A DNA stretch of 64,000 nucleotides from an uncultured Acidimicrobiia bacterium (GCA_963801205.1 CAWDDV010000012.1:293-64292), one strand, 5' to 3'. Counted from the first letter of the stretch, positions 10,303-21,080 are shown. Numbers and translations are program-made. The notes: a model not told the origin generated them from the sequence alone.

Positions 10303-10968
10303 ATGTGCTTCTCGGCCGGAGCCGACGTGGTGGCGGGCGTCGTCATCGGCGCCATCGGAGCCGACGGACTGCGCCACGTCCGGCGGCCGCAGGAGCTGTG
10401 GCTGGCCTCGCTGCCCCTCGTCCTGGCCGCCCACCAGCTAGTCGAGGCGTTCGTGTGGTGGGGCCTCGAGGGCCGGATCGCGGAGGAAGTCTGGAGGACC
10501 GCCCTCGGCGTCTACCTGGCCATCGCCTTCGGAGTGCTGCCGGTGCTGATGCCGCTGGCGGTGAGCGCGCTCGAACCCCCTGGACGACGGCGGTGGCTAC
10601 GGGTGTTCGTGGGGATCGGTGCGGTGGTGGCCCTGGCGCTCATGTACGCGGTGGTCCGGGGGCCGGTGGACGCCCGCATCCAGGAGCGGCACATCGAGTA
10701 CTCGGTCGACCTGTGGAGCGGCGGCCTGCTGGTGGCCCTCTACGTGCTGGCGACCTGCGCGCCCGCTGTGCTGTCCAAGTACCGCCACGTCCGGTGGTTC
10801 GGGATCGGGAACATCCTGGTGGCGGCCACGCTGGCCTGGATCAGCCAGACCGCGTTCATCTCCCTGTGGTGCCTGTGGGCGGCCGTCACCAGCCTGGCCA
10901 TCGTTGTCCACCTACGCCTGGCCCACCCCGGCCCGTCACCGACCTGGTGGCGGCCGGTCAGCGACTAG
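10303..10968 (+). CDS. Integral membrane protein (about 6 TM helices), function unknown
   Basis: ATG at 10303, a strongly hydrophobic periodic sequence, intact to the stop at 10968. Confidence 0.55.
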   Translation: MCFSAGADVVAGVVIGAIGADGLRHVRRPQELWLASLPLVLAAHQLVEAFVWWGLEGRIAEEVWRTALGVYLAIAFGVLPVLMPLAVSALEPPGRRRWLRVFVGIGAVVALALMYAVVRGPVDARIQERHIEYSVDLWSGGLLVALYVLATCAPAVLSKYRHVRWFGIGNILVAATLAWISQTAFISLWCLWAAVTSLAIVVHLRLAHPGPSPTWWRPVSD

Positions 10969-10974
10969 GACGAC

Positions 10975-11370
10975 CTAGACGGTGGCGCTGGCCTGGATCT
11001 CCTGGAGGAGGCCGACGACCAGGTCACGCATGGAGAACACGCCCACCAGGGTGCCGACCTCGTCGACCACGACCAGGTGGCGGAAGCCCCGGTCGCGCAT
11101 GATCTGCGCCGCCTCCCGCACCGACATGGTCGGCGGGGCGGTCAGGAGGCGCCTCGACAGGTAGTCGGCGACGTTCCGGGCCGTCCCGTCCCCACCCTGG
11201 GCGTAGGCCCGCATCACGTCCCGGTCGGTGACGATGCCGACGGGCTTGCCCTCGACCAGCACGACCGCGGAGCCGACACCCCGTTCGACCATGCCCACGG
11301 CGGCATCCCTGAGGCTGTCGTCCTCGTCGATGGTCAGGACGGCGCGGGTGGTGAGGGGTCCGATCTCCAT
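10975..11370 (-). CDS. CBS domain pair protein
   Basis: 131 aa with two CBS repeats (VGIVTDRDVMRA.. and LVGVFSMRDLV). Intact. Confidence 0.8.
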   Translation of the reverse strand: MEIGPLTTRAVLTIDEDDSLRDAAVGMVERGVGSAVVLVEGKPVGIVTDRDVMRAYAQGGDGTARNVADYLSRRLLTAPPTMSVREAAQIMRDRGFRHLVVVDEVGTLVGVFSMRDLVVGLLQEIQASATV

Positions 11371-11408
11371 GCGTGCAGCCTAGCCGTCGGAGCTTCCCCC
11401 TCTCGTGA

Positions 11409-11426
11409 TTGTGAACACATTCACAA
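11409..11426. promoter_or_regulatory. Rex-type operator TTGTGAA-CACA-TTCACAA
   Basis: Perfect 7-4-7 inverted repeat 22 nt upstream of the NuoF-like start. It matches the published Rex operator half-sites TTGTGAA/TTCACAA. Confidence 0.55.
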
Positions 11427-11447
11427 CCAGCGACTAGACTGGCGAGC

Positions 11448-12903
11448 ATGACGCTCGTCCACCGGGTGCTGTACCCGTCGCCGATCATGTCCCTGCAGGA
11501 GTACCTCACGCGGGGGGGTGGGACCGGCATCGAAGCGGCCCGGGAGATGACCCCAGCCGCCATCATCGAGCGGGTGCTCGCCTCCGGCCTCCGGGGCCGA
11601 GGGGGCGCCGGGTTCCCCACCGGCCGCAAGTGGGAGACGGTGGCCGCCAACCACTCGCCGACCGCGCCGTCGACCGTGATCGTCAACGCCGCCGAGGGTG
11701 AGCCGGGCACATTCAAGGACCGCACCATCCTCCGCCGCAACCCGTACGTGGTGATCGAGGGGGCGCTGATCGCGGCCAAGGCGGTCGGCGCCGACCTGGT
11801 CGTCTTCGCCACCAAGGAGGCGTTCGAGGGCGAGATCGACCGGCTGCGGGAGGCCATCGAGGACATCGAGGATCGCGGGCTGGAACGACGGCGTCGAGCT
11901 GATCGTCTTCGAGGGCCCCGACGAGTACCTCTACGGCGAGGAGAGCGCGCTGCTGGAGACGATCGACGGCCGCTGGCCCTTCCCCCGCATCGTCCCCACC
12001 TTCCGCCGGGGACTGCGCCGGGGACCGCTGCCCGAGGACGCCCCCAGCGAGCCGGCCCTGGTCAACAACACCGAGACCCTGGCCAACGTGGCCCGCATCG
12101 TCGGCCGGGGACCGGACTGGTTCCGCACCATGGGTACCGCCGAGTCGCCGGGCACGATCGTGTGCACGGTCACCGGCCGCACCCAGCGTCACGGCGTGGG
12201 CGAGGTCCAGATGGGCACGCCGCTGCGCGAGGTCATCGAGGCCATCGGCGGCGGCCCCGGCCCGGGCGCACGATCAAGGCCGTGCTGTCGGGCGTCGCCA
12301 ACGGGATCATCACCGCCGACGCACCTCGACACGCCGGTGACCTACGAGAGCCTGGCCGCCATCGGCAGCGGCCTGGGGTCGGCCGGCTTCATCGTGTTCG
12401 ACGACGAGACCGACATGACGGCCGTCGCCGCCGGGGTGGCCCGGTTCCTGGCGGTGGAGTCGTGCGGGCAGTGCTCGCCGTGCAAGCTCGACGGGATCAC
12501 GCTGTCGAACTCGCTGGCCCGGCTGGCTTCGCACGGACGGGCCGCCCGCACGACTTCGACGTGGTCGCGCCATCGGCTGACCACCGTCGCCGACCGGTCC
12601 CGGTGCTACCTGGCCACGCAGCAGCAGATCGTGATCGGCAGCATCGTCAAGCACTTCCCGGAGGAGTTCGCGGCCCACGCCGCGCTGGAGCTGCCGCCGT
12701 GCGAGCCCGAGCTGATCGCCGAGCTGGTCGACATCAACAACGGCAGGGCCCTGCTCGACCAGCGTCACCGCCAGAAGCAGTGGGACTGGAGCTTCAACAG
12801 TGGGACTCGGGCACGGTGCCGGTCGAGCGCTACCAGGCGGTGGCGCCGCCGTGGCTGGCCGGCAACCACTACGAGCCGGTCGTGTTGCGCACCGCGGGGG
12901 TAG
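11448..12903 (+). pseudogene. NuoF-like NADH dehydrogenase (51-kDa subunit family, FMN/NADH and 4Fe-4S binding); multiple frameshifts; 3' end uncertain
   Basis: GLRGRGGAGFPTGRKW, NAAEGEPGTFKDR and ESCGQCSPCKLDG motifs. The protein alternates between two frames, with shifts near 11885, 12265, 12325, 12545, 12570 and 12800. Confidence 0.75.
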
Positions 12904-13002
12904 TCGCCGCACGGGCCGCCCGGCTGTCGATTTCGGCGGCGCCGCGTTCGTCGTGCGGCGTCGAGAGGCGCCGACCGGGCGCCTTCGACCCGAGGAGCGA
13001 CC

Positions 13003-13350
13003 ATGCCGCAGCCCGTCGTCCACGCCGAGATCCGCTCGACCGACCCCGACGCCACCCGGGCCTTCTTCGGGGGGCTGTTCGGGTGGACATACACCGACGA
13101 GGGTGCGTCCCGGCTACACCTTCGTCGACACCGGCGTCCCCGACGCCCTCTACACCGCCATCAGCCCCCTGCAGGGCGGCGGCGAGATGGTCACCTTCTT
13201 CGTCGGGGTGGACGACATCGACGCCTCCCTGGCCGACGCCACCCGCCTCGGCGGGCGGTCGTGCAGCCCAAGACGAGCGTGCCCGGCGTGGCCTTCGCCC
13301 TCATCGCCGACCCCCAGGGCCACGTGGTCGGATTGGCGCAGCAGCTGTAG
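13003..13350 (+). pseudogene. VOC/glyoxalase-like protein with a compensating frameshift pair near 13105 and 13255
   Basis: MPQPVVHAEIRSTDPDATRAFFGGLFGW.. and ..VPGVAFALIADPQGHVVGLAQQL lie in one frame. The middle part GYTFVDTGVPDALYTAISPLQGGGEMVTFFVGVDDIDASL lies in another. Confidence 0.65.
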
Positions 13351-13402
13351 CGGGCGCCGGGCCGGGCGCCGGGCTTCGAGTGTCCGACCTACGAGATCGT
13401 GC

Positions 13403-14149
13403 TCAGATCTTCCATCGAGTGGGGCCGAAGCGCTCCACTTGATGCGCTCGACGGCGACGCCGGCCTCCGTCAGCAGGCCCGTCACGGTGTCGCAGAAGCC
13501 GGCCGATCCGCACACGTAGGCGGTGGCTCCGGCCCCGACGGCGGCCACGGCCGGGACCAGGTCGTCCAGGGTGATCCGACCGGCGGGCCGGGCCTCGCCG
13601 CGGCAGCGTCTGGCGGGTGTGGACGACCGTCGTCTCGGGGCCGGGGGAGCTCGTCGGCGAAGAACAGGTCGTCGGGGCCCGCGGACCGAGACCACCAGCC
13701 GCACCCGGTCCGACCGGCCCGTGTCCCGGGCCAGGCGGAGCATCGCCATCAGGGGGACCACGCCCGAGCCCGCCGCCGACCAGCAACGCCGGCGACTCCC
13801 CGTCCCACACGAAGAACCTCCCGATCGGGCCCCGGACCTCCAGCTCGTCGCCCGGCTCGACCACGTCGTGGAGGAAGGTCGACACCTCGCCCTCCTCCAG
13901 CCGCTCGACGGTGATCTCGAACTCGTCCGACGCCGTCGGGCGCCGACGCCACCGAGTACGACCGGGAGGCGGTGTACCCGTCGGGCGCGGTCAGCCGGAT
14001 CACATAGTGCTGCCCGGCCAGGTGGGGCGCCGCCCGGGCAACGACAGGCGAAATGTCCGGGCGTGGGGGGTCTCGTCCCGGAACCCGACGACGGTGGCCA
14101 TCTGCCAACCCTTGCGGGGCGGCGGCTGGACGTCGGCCGCGTCAGTCAC
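13403..14149 (-). pseudogene. Ferredoxin-NADP reductase-type FAD/NAD-binding oxidoreductase; about six frameshifts
   Basis: RSYSVASAP (RxYS FAD motif), LLVGGGSG-like NAD motif and C-terminal ERFGPTRWKI. Pieces come from ORFs 13749..14108, 13403..13885 and 13150..13761. The GTG start overlaps the upstream stop. Confidence 0.7.
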
Positions 14150-14753
14150 CCTGGTAGCGCTCCTCCCGCCAGGGGTCGCCCCGGTCGTGGTAGCCGTTCA
14201 CCTCCCAGAACCCGGGCTGGTCGTGGTCGAGGAGGCGGAGGGAGGCGACCCACTTGGCGCTCTTCCAAAAGTAGAGGTGGGGGACGAGGAGCCGCACCGG
14301 CCCGCCGTGGGCGGTGGGCAGTGGGCCGCCGTCGACCTCCCAGACCACCCACGCCTTGCCCCCCGTGACGTCGGCCAGCGGCAGGTTGGTCGTGTACCCG
14401 GTGTGGGACGTGGCCAGGATGTGGGTGGCGGCCGGCAGGGCCCGCCGGCCGCCTCCAGGAGGGTGTCGACGGACACGCCGGTGAACGTGATCCCGAGCTT
14501 CGACCACGTGGTCACGCAGTGGATGTCGCCCGAGTAGGTGGACGGGGGGAGGGCGTGCAGCTCGTCCCACGTCCACGTGGTGGGCTGGGCCACCAGGCCC
14601 TCGATGCCGAAGGTGTACGTCTCCGGCGCGCATCTTGGGCGTGGCCTCGGCCGTCAGCACCGGCCAGTCCCGCCCGGCGTCGTACTGGCCCGGCGGCAAC
14701 CGCGGGTCCCGGGCCGCCCCCCGGCTGGCGAACCCCCTCGTGAACTTGGCCAT
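14142..14753 (-). pseudogene. Sulfite-oxidase-like molybdopterin oxidoreductase (YedY/MsrP-like fold); compensating frameshift pair near 14628 and 14440
   Basis: PPGQYDAGRDWPVL.., ..DIHCVTTWSKLGITFTGVSVDTLL (second frame), ..HGGPVRLLVPHLYFWKSAKWVASLRLLDHDQPGFWE. Confidence 0.75.
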
Positions 14754-14774
14754 GGCCGAGACGTTACGTCGGCG

Positions 14775-16126
14775 TCACCCGGCAGGGAAGCCGCCCGCCG
14801 GTCGCAGTGACACCGCCACCTCCAGCGGCGGCTCGTCCAGGTCGGTCTCCAGCCGGAAGGCCCGGACGAGCGTGGCCACCGCCACCACCAGCTCGGCGGT
14901 GGCCAGGTGTTGGCCGATGCATCCCCTCGGCCCGCCGCCGAAGGGCAGGTGGTGGTAGCGGCCGAGGTCGGCCCCACCGAAGCGGTCGGGGTCGAAGCGG
15001 TCGGGATCGAAGCGGTCGGGATGGGGCCAGACATCCGGGTTGTGGTGGACGCCCCAGATGCTGACCGCCACCAGGTGGCCGGGCGGGATCTCCTCGCCGT
15101 CGAGGGTCGTCGCCGCGTGGGCGTGGCGGACGAGGGTGTGGCCCGGGGGGTAGAGGCGCATGGTCTCGTCGATCACCTGGGCGGTGTAGGTGAGGTGGGG
15201 GAGGTCTCCGGCCGCCACGGGCCGGGCGCCGACCACCGCCTCCACCTCGTCCCGCACCCGTTGCTGGACCTCGGGATGGCGGCCGAGGAGGTGGAGGGTG
15301 AGGGCCATGGTCGTGCCGGTGGTCTCGTGGCCGGCGAGGAGGAGGATGAGGGCCTGGTCCCGGACGGCGTCGTCGTCGAGGGCGGACCCGTCCTCCGGGT
15401 CGCGGGCGGTAAGGAGGAGGCTGAGGAGGTCGTCACCGTCGAGCGTGGGGGCGGCCCGGCGGTCCTCGATGAGCCGGTCGACCAGCCCCCACAGTTCCTT
15501 GCCGCGCCCCTCCGCCCGCCGGTTGGACGCCGTCGGCACCCACGCCGGCAGCCGCACCGGCGAGAGCACCCGGCGGGCGGCGTAGTCGTTGAGCACCTGG
15601 ACGGTGGCCCGCAGCACGGGCGCGGCCGACTCCACGTCGGCCCCGAAGACGCTCCGGCCGAGGACGTCGAGGGCGTAGTGGCCGCCGGCGGCGTTGAGGT
15701 CGACTGGGGCGGCGACGGCCGTGGCCCACGTGGTCGCCAGCCGGTCGGCGGCGGCCGCCATCCCGTCGACGTAGGTCTCGACCCGTCGTCGGGAGAAAGG
15801 GGGCGCCACGATGCGGCGGTCCCGGTGCCAGCGGCCCCGCCGCTGAGGAGGAGGCCGTCGCCGAACACCCGCCGCAGCTCCCCGATCCCGGGGACCTCCT
15901 TGTCGTACCGGGCGGCCTCGGTGGCCAGGATCTGGTGGGCGTCCTCGGGGCGGAAGACGGTGTCGAAGACGAACCCGGCTCTCGGCGGGCCGACCCGGAA
16001 GCGGACCCGTCGCCCGCCATGGTCCTTCAGGGCCTTGGCGTAGGTGGCCAGCTGGTCCTGCTTGAAGTCCCGGCCCGAGCCCGACAGCCACGAGCCCCGG
16101 ATCATCGGGGGCTGGTCGCCGGCCAT
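14775..16126 (-). pseudogene. Cytochrome P450; one frameshift near 15845
   Basis: I-helix LLLAGHETTG, ExxR (ETMRLYPP) and heme loop FGGGPRGCIGQHLA. The N-terminal 95 aa are in ORF 15173..16126. Confidence 0.9.
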
Positions 16127-16146
16127 GCGAGGGAGGATAGGAGGCC

Positions 16147-17433
16147 ATGGCCCCCGCGAGTCGGTCGCAGCAGATCGCCTGGGCGGCCGGCATCGGGACG
16201 GTGGCGGGCCTGGCCCTCGGCGGGCCGCGGCGGCGGGTGGCGGGCGCCGCGCTCGGTGCGGCCGTGGCCGCCGCGTCGGAAGCGGTGGCCCGCCGGCGCC
16301 AGCGGCCGAACGAGATCCCCGCCCGGCGGCATCGGATCCTCATGAGCGGCGCGCTGGCTGCGCCCGTCGGGTGGGCGGTCGGCAAGGTCACCGGCGCGGG
16401 GCCGGTCGCGGTCGGCGTCGGCGCGGGCGCAGCGACGGGCGCGATCGGCCTCCGGCCCCAGAAGGTCGCACTGGGGCCGGTGTTCGGCGCGGCCGTGGGC
16501 CGGGCACTGGCCGCGGTTGACCCCGGCATGCCACCGGCCCGGGTGGCGGCGGCCACCGTCGTGGCCTATCGGGCCCTGTCCGCCGTCGTATTCCGGGACG
16601 CCCAGGTCGACCTGCTGGCCGAGGCCGTCGACCCCGCCGACCTCCCGTTCGTGGTGCCGTTGGAGTCCCGGGCCCGGTACGTGGGCACCGACTACGTGCG
16701 GGAGCTGGCGGCGGTGCTCGGCGGCGCGTACGCCCGGGACGTCGCCGACGCCGGCATCGTGGCGTCCCTCGACACCCTCGCCGGGCCCGACTTCGACCCG
16801 TCGTCGGTCGACGCCCGGGTCCGCCGCTTCTACGAGCACACCAGCCGCTACCGGCTCGACATCGTCCCCGAGTGGCGGCCGTGGGTGCGTCCCGGGTACC
16901 TGCTCTACCGCACGGTCGTGGCCCGGCCCCTGGGCCAGGCCAACGTGCCCATGAACCAGCGGGAGGCGCTGCGGGGCGTCCACAGCCGCATCGACACCAT
17001 CGACGCCGACGGCGACGGCATACCCGAGGTGCGAGGGTGGATCCGGTCCTTCGCCGACGACGACGCCCCCATCTACACCGGCATCTACACCACCTACCGG
17101 CACGAGGACCGGGGCTACGTCAGCGTCGGGTTCCCCCTCCCCCAGGCCAGCTTCACCGCCACCCTCGCCCCCCGCGCCCGGGACGGCGGCGGGCTCACGC
17201 TCAGCTCCCGCCGGCCCGACCTGGCCCACGCCGGCCACTACCTGACCTACATCGACGCCGAGTCCCGGCGGCTCACGACGTTGGCGGTCCACGGGTTCGC
17301 CGAGGAGCTTCACGTGTTCGTCTCGGAGGACGGCGACCTTCGGGCCGACCACGCCTTCTGGGTGTTCGGTCTGCCCTTCCTCGTCCTGCACTACCGGATC
17401 AGCCCGAAGCCGGAGCCCCCCGGGTCATGGTGA
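16147..17433 (+). CDS. Hypothetical protein with a Gly/Ala-rich hydrophobic N-terminal half and a conserved-looking C-terminal domain (possibly DUF4166-like, unverified)
   Basis: Intact 428-aa ORF with codon usage typical of the genome. The family call rests on memory only. Confidence 0.45.
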   Translation: MAPASRSQQIAWAAGIGTVAGLALGGPRRRVAGAALGAAVAAASEAVARRRQRPNEIPARRHRILMSGALAAPVGWAVGKVTGAGPVAVGVGAGAATGAIGLRPQKVALGPVFGAAVGRALAAVDPGMPPARVAAATVVAYRALSAVVFRDAQVDLLAEAVDPADLPFVVPLESRARYVGTDYVRELAAVLGGAYARDVADAGIVASLDTLAGPDFDPSSVDARVRRFYEHTSRYRLDIVPEWRPWVRPGYLLYRTVVARPLGQANVPMNQREALRGVHSRIDTIDADGDGIPEVRGWIRSFADDDAPIYTGIYTTYRHEDRGYVSVGFPLPQASFTATLAPRARDGGGLTLSSRRPDLAHAGHYLTYIDAESRRLTTLAVHGFAEELHVFVSEDGDLRADHAFWVFGLPFLVLHYRISPKPEPPGSW

Positions 17434-18429
17434 AGATCTCCTGGGCGTTGGCCGCGTCGAACGCCAGGTCGGCCCGGACCCGTCGGGGAGCGGCTGGCGG
17501 CTGATCAGCTCGAAGAACGACCCGGGGACGGAGCGGGTCTCGGTCGAGCGATCGCCCACCCGGAACCGGCGCTCGACCATGACCGCCCGGTGGGCCGTCT
17601 GCGCGACCCGGCCCGACGCCGAGACCTCCACCTTGTCCTTGATCGGCCGGCCCGCGGCCCGCTCCGCCTCGGCCACCGCGGCCACGTCGTCGACCCGGTC
17701 GGTGGCGTGGTTGAAGGCGGTGCCCTCGGTGGCGATCCAGGCCATCTCGGCGGACTCGGCCAACAACCGCTCGTAGTCGGCCAGGCCGGGGGTGCCGTGC
17801 TGGCGGGCGAAGCAGGTGGCCAGCTCGCCCAGGAGGGACTCGGCGGCAGACATGGGCAGGTGACCGTCGGCGGCCAGCCGCTCGAGGTTGAGCACGCCCA
17901 GGCTGGTGAGGGGTTCCCGGGACGAGCCCACCACCCGGGCCGCGGCGGCGGTGAAGTCCGCCGAGAAGCGGTCGGCGTGCAGCTCGCTGACGAAGTACTG
18001 GGGGATGTCGGACGGGAGGTCGAGGTGGCACCACGAGTGGCCCGTCATGCGCAGGCGGTTGAGGTCGTAGGTGTCGAGGTGGGAGTAGCCGAGCGGGCGC
18101 AGGACCCGGGCCAGGCTCTCCTGGCCGCCGTCGAGCTCGCCGCAGGCCACGCCGGCGACGGTGCGGACGGCGCCGTGGTCGAGGAACAGCCGCCCGCCGC
18201 CCGCCCACCGGTCCTCGGCGTAGGCGGCCGCGCTCGGGACCCGCTGGAGGAGGTCGTGGAGGAGGACGATGCCGAGGGCCTGGGCCAGGATGGCCCGGGA
18301 GGCGAGGTCGGCCCCGTCAGTGGCCACGAGGGACGGGTGGACGGTCAGCCCGTCGAGGAGGGTGGTCGCCCGCTCGGAGCCGACCTGGCCCGCCACCAGC
18401 CATTGGAGCACGGACGCGCTCACGGTCAC
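17399..18429 (-). pseudogene. hglS: DUF1338 / HglS-like 2-oxoadipate dioxygenase-decarboxylase; one frameshift near 17490
   Basis: The conserved body runs ..LFLDHGAVRT..GYSHLDTYDL..SWCHLD..FVSELH..AWIATEGTAFNHATDRV..VPGSFFELI, then [12 protein letters not shown] in another frame. The GTGA start overlaps the upstream stop. Confidence 0.6.
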
Positions 18430-19511
18430 GGGGCCAGCGCCGAGAGGTCGCCCAGGAGGCGGCCGGTGGGGGTGGTGGCGAAGGCGGCCAGGTCGACGTC
18501 CTCCTGGCGGACGAAGCCCCGGTCGGGCAGGCGGCCGGTGGCGACCAGGTCGACCATGGCCGCGGCCGACGCCGCCGTCGTCCACGAGATGGCCCGCCAC
18601 CGCCGGCCGTCGATCGACATCGGCTCGTAGCTGCGGACGACCTGGTCGCGCACTTGTCGTCCTCCTCGGAGGCCCTCGACGGCGGCGTACAGGTAGACGA
18701 CGTCGTCGCCCACCGGCGGCTTGGCGTCGACCAGGATCCGTCCCGCCAGCTCCCGCTGGCGGCGGAGGTGGAGCTCGTCGAAGAAGAAGCGCATGAGCTG
18801 GCAGTGACCGGGATAGCGGAGGGTCTTGTAGTCGAGCCGGTCGAGGCGGCCGTCGAAGGTGGCGCACATGGTGCCCAGCCCGCCGGAGGTGGTGAAGGCC
18901 TCCAGCTGGGTGCCCCCGATCCACACCTGCTCGAGTTCGCTCATCGACGGGACGGTCTGGCGGTGGCCGTCGCGGATGACCTCGCAGTCGTTGAGGTACT
19001 CGTTGACCACCCCCTCGGGCGACCAGTTGAAGGCGTAGCCGAGCAGGCCACTGGGGTTGCGGGGCAGGGCGCCCACCTTGAGCTCCATGGAGTCGAGGCG
19101 GTCGAGGCCCCGGGCCAACCCCACGCCCACGATGCAGATGAGCCCCGGGGCGAGGCCGCAGTTGGGGACGAAGGCGGCGGCCGTGGCCGTTCGGGCCAGC
19201 TCCTCGACCCGGTGGCTGAGGGCGACGTCCTCCGAGAGATCGAAGTAGTGGACGCCGACGTCGGCCGCGGCCTGGGCCACCCCCGCGCTCAGGCGGTGGG
19301 GTAGGCAGGAGACCACCGCGTCGGTGGCCCCGAGCGCCCGCCGGAGGGCGTCGGGGTCGGCCGCGTCGAGCCCCTTCACGGGGAAGGGGAGGTCGTCGCG
19401 GACGGCCTGGTCGGCGCCCACCACGTCGAACCCGGCGCCGTGGAGGAGGCGGGCCACGAGCTCGCCCACCATCCCCAGACCACACACCAGGACGTTGGTG
19501 AACGTTCTCAT
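18426..19511 (-). CDS. Saccharopine dehydrogenase family NAD(P)-binding protein (lysine 6-dehydrogenase-like)
   Basis: N-terminal Rossmann motif VLVCGLGMVGELVARLL. 361 aa, intact. Located in a lysine-catabolic gene context. Confidence 0.7.
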   Translation of the reverse strand: MRTFTNVLVCGLGMVGELVARLLHGAGFDVVGADQAVRDDLPFPVKGLDAADPDALRRALGATDAVVSCLPHRLSAGVAQAAADVGVHYFDLSEDVALSHRVEELARTATAAAFVPNCGLAPGLICIVGVGLARGLDRLDSMELKVGALPRNPSGLLGYAFNWSPEGVVNEYLNDCEVIRDGHRQTVPSMSELEQVWIGGTQLEAFTTSGGLGTMCATFDGRLDRLDYKTLRYPGHCQLMRFFFDELHLRRQRELAGRILVDAKPPVGDDVVYLYAAVEGLRGGRQVRDQVVRSYEPMSIDGRRWRAISWTTAASAAAMVDLVATGRLPDRGFVRQEDVDLAAFATTPTGRLLGDLSALAP

Positions 19512-19646
19512 GTGACGAATGGTAAGGCCGGCCCGATCCCTATCATCGGTCAGCAGACGTGAGCGTTCTCCCCACCACCGAGGACCTGGCGGGCGCCGCC
19601 GCCGCCGCCCTCGATCGGCTCGGGGTGACGTGGTCCGGCTCGGCCG

Positions 19647-21080
19647 ATGGTGGCGCGGACGCCTGTGACGGGCGGGGTGTTGGGGTCGGTGGCGGTGTCG
19701 TCGGCGGACGATGTGGCGGTCGCGGTGGGGGCGGCGGCGGAGGCGTTCGCGGCGTGGCGAACGGTGCCCGCGCCCCGTCGGGGCGACATGGTGCGGCGGC
19801 TGGGGGAGCTGCTACGGGAGCATCGGTCGGACCTGGCGTTGCTGGTCACGATCGAGGCGGGCAAGATCCGGTCGGAGGCGGCGGGCGAGGTCCAGGAGAT
19901 GATCGACGTCTGCGACTTCGCCGTTGGCCTGTCCCGGCAGCTGTACGGGCTGACGATGCCCTCGGAGCGTCCCGAGCACCACATGCGGGAGGTGTGGCAC
20001 CCCCTGGGGGTGGTCGGGGTGATCACCTCGTTCAACTTCCCGGTGGCGGTGTGGGCGTGGAACGCGGCCCTGGCCCTGGTGGCGGGCGACCCGGTGGTGT
20101 GGAAGCCGTCGGAGAAGACGCCGCTGACGGCGCTGGCGGTGCACGGGCTGGCGTCGCGGGCGGCGGCCGAGGTGGGGGCGCCGGCGGGGCTGTGCGGGCT
20201 TGTGCTGGGGGGCGCCGACGTGGGGCAGGCGGTGGTCGACGATGCCCGCGTCGCCATGCTGTCGGCCACCGGCTCTTCGGGGATGGGGCGCGTTGTCGGT
20301 CCCCGGGTGGCGGCCCGCTTCGGGCGCTGCCTGCTCGAGCTGGGCGGGAACAACGCGGCCGTCGTGGCGCCCTCGGCTGACCTGGACCTCACCGTGCGGG
20401 CGGTCGCCTTCGCCGCCGCCGGCACCGCCGGGCAGCGGTGCACGTCCCTGCGCCGGTTGCTGGTGCACCGGTCGGTGCACGACGAGCTGGTCGACCGGCT
20501 GGTGGCCGCCTACGGGTCGTTGCGGGTGGGCTCGCCGCTGGCCGACGGCACCCTGGTGGGGCCGCTGATCGACGGCGCCGCGTACGCCGCGTTCGCGGGC
20601 GCCCTGGCCTCGGCCACTGGCGACGGGGGGAAGGTGGTGGTGGGCGGGGAGCGGGAGCTGGCCGACGAGGCGCCGGGCGCGTTCTACGTGCGGCCGGCAG
20701 TGGTGGTCATGCCCTCGCAGACCGGGTTGGTCCTGCGGGAGACGTTCGCGCCGGTGCTGTACGTCGTGGCCTACGACGAGTGGGACGAGGCGATCGCGTT
20801 GCACAACGCGGCCGCCCACGGGCTGTCGTCGTCGGTGTTCACCGCCGACGTACGGGAGGCGGAGCGGTTCCTGTCGGCGGCGGGGTCGGACTGCGGGATC
20901 GCCAACGTCAACATCGGGCCGTCGGGGGCCGAGATCGGCGGGGCGTTCGGGGGAGAAAAGGAGACGGGCGGCGGGCGGGAGTCGGGGTCCGACGCGTGGA
21001 AGGCCTACATGCGCCGGATGACCGCCACCGTCAACTTCTCGTCGGATGTGCCGCTGGCCCAGGGCGTGGAGTTCCTGTAG
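19647..21080 (+). CDS. Aldehyde dehydrogenase, ALDH7/piperideine-6-carboxylate (alpha-aminoadipic semialdehyde) dehydrogenase-like. It probably starts at GTG 19559, with a frameshift near 19645.
   Basis: FNFPVAVWAWNAALALVAGDPVVWKPSEKTP, LELGGNNA and GQRCTS catalytic Cys motif. An upstream in-phase-looking N-terminus MSVLPTTEDLAGAAAAALDRLGV lies in another frame. Confidence 0.8.
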   Translation: MVARTPVTGGVLGSVAVSSADDVAVAVGAAAEAFAAWRTVPAPRRGDMVRRLGELLREHRSDLALLVTIEAGKIRSEAAGEVQEMIDVCDFAVGLSRQLYGLTMPSERPEHHMREVWHPLGVVGVITSFNFPVAVWAWNAALALVAGDPVVWKPSEKTPLTALAVHGLASRAAAEVGAPAGLCGLVLGGADVGQAVVDDARVAMLSATGSSGMGRVVGPRVAARFGRCLLELGGNNAAVVAPSADLDLTVRAVAFAAAGTAGQRCTSLRRLLVHRSVHDELVDRLVAAYGSLRVGSPLADGTLVGPLIDGAAYAAFAGALASATGDGGKVVVGGERELADEAPGAFYVRPAVVVMPSQTGLVLRETFAPVLYVVAYDEWDEAIALHNAAAHGLSSSVFTADVREAERFLSAAGSDCGIANVNIGPSGAEIGGAFGGEKETGGGRESGSDAWKAYMRRMTATVNFSSDVPLAQGVEFL

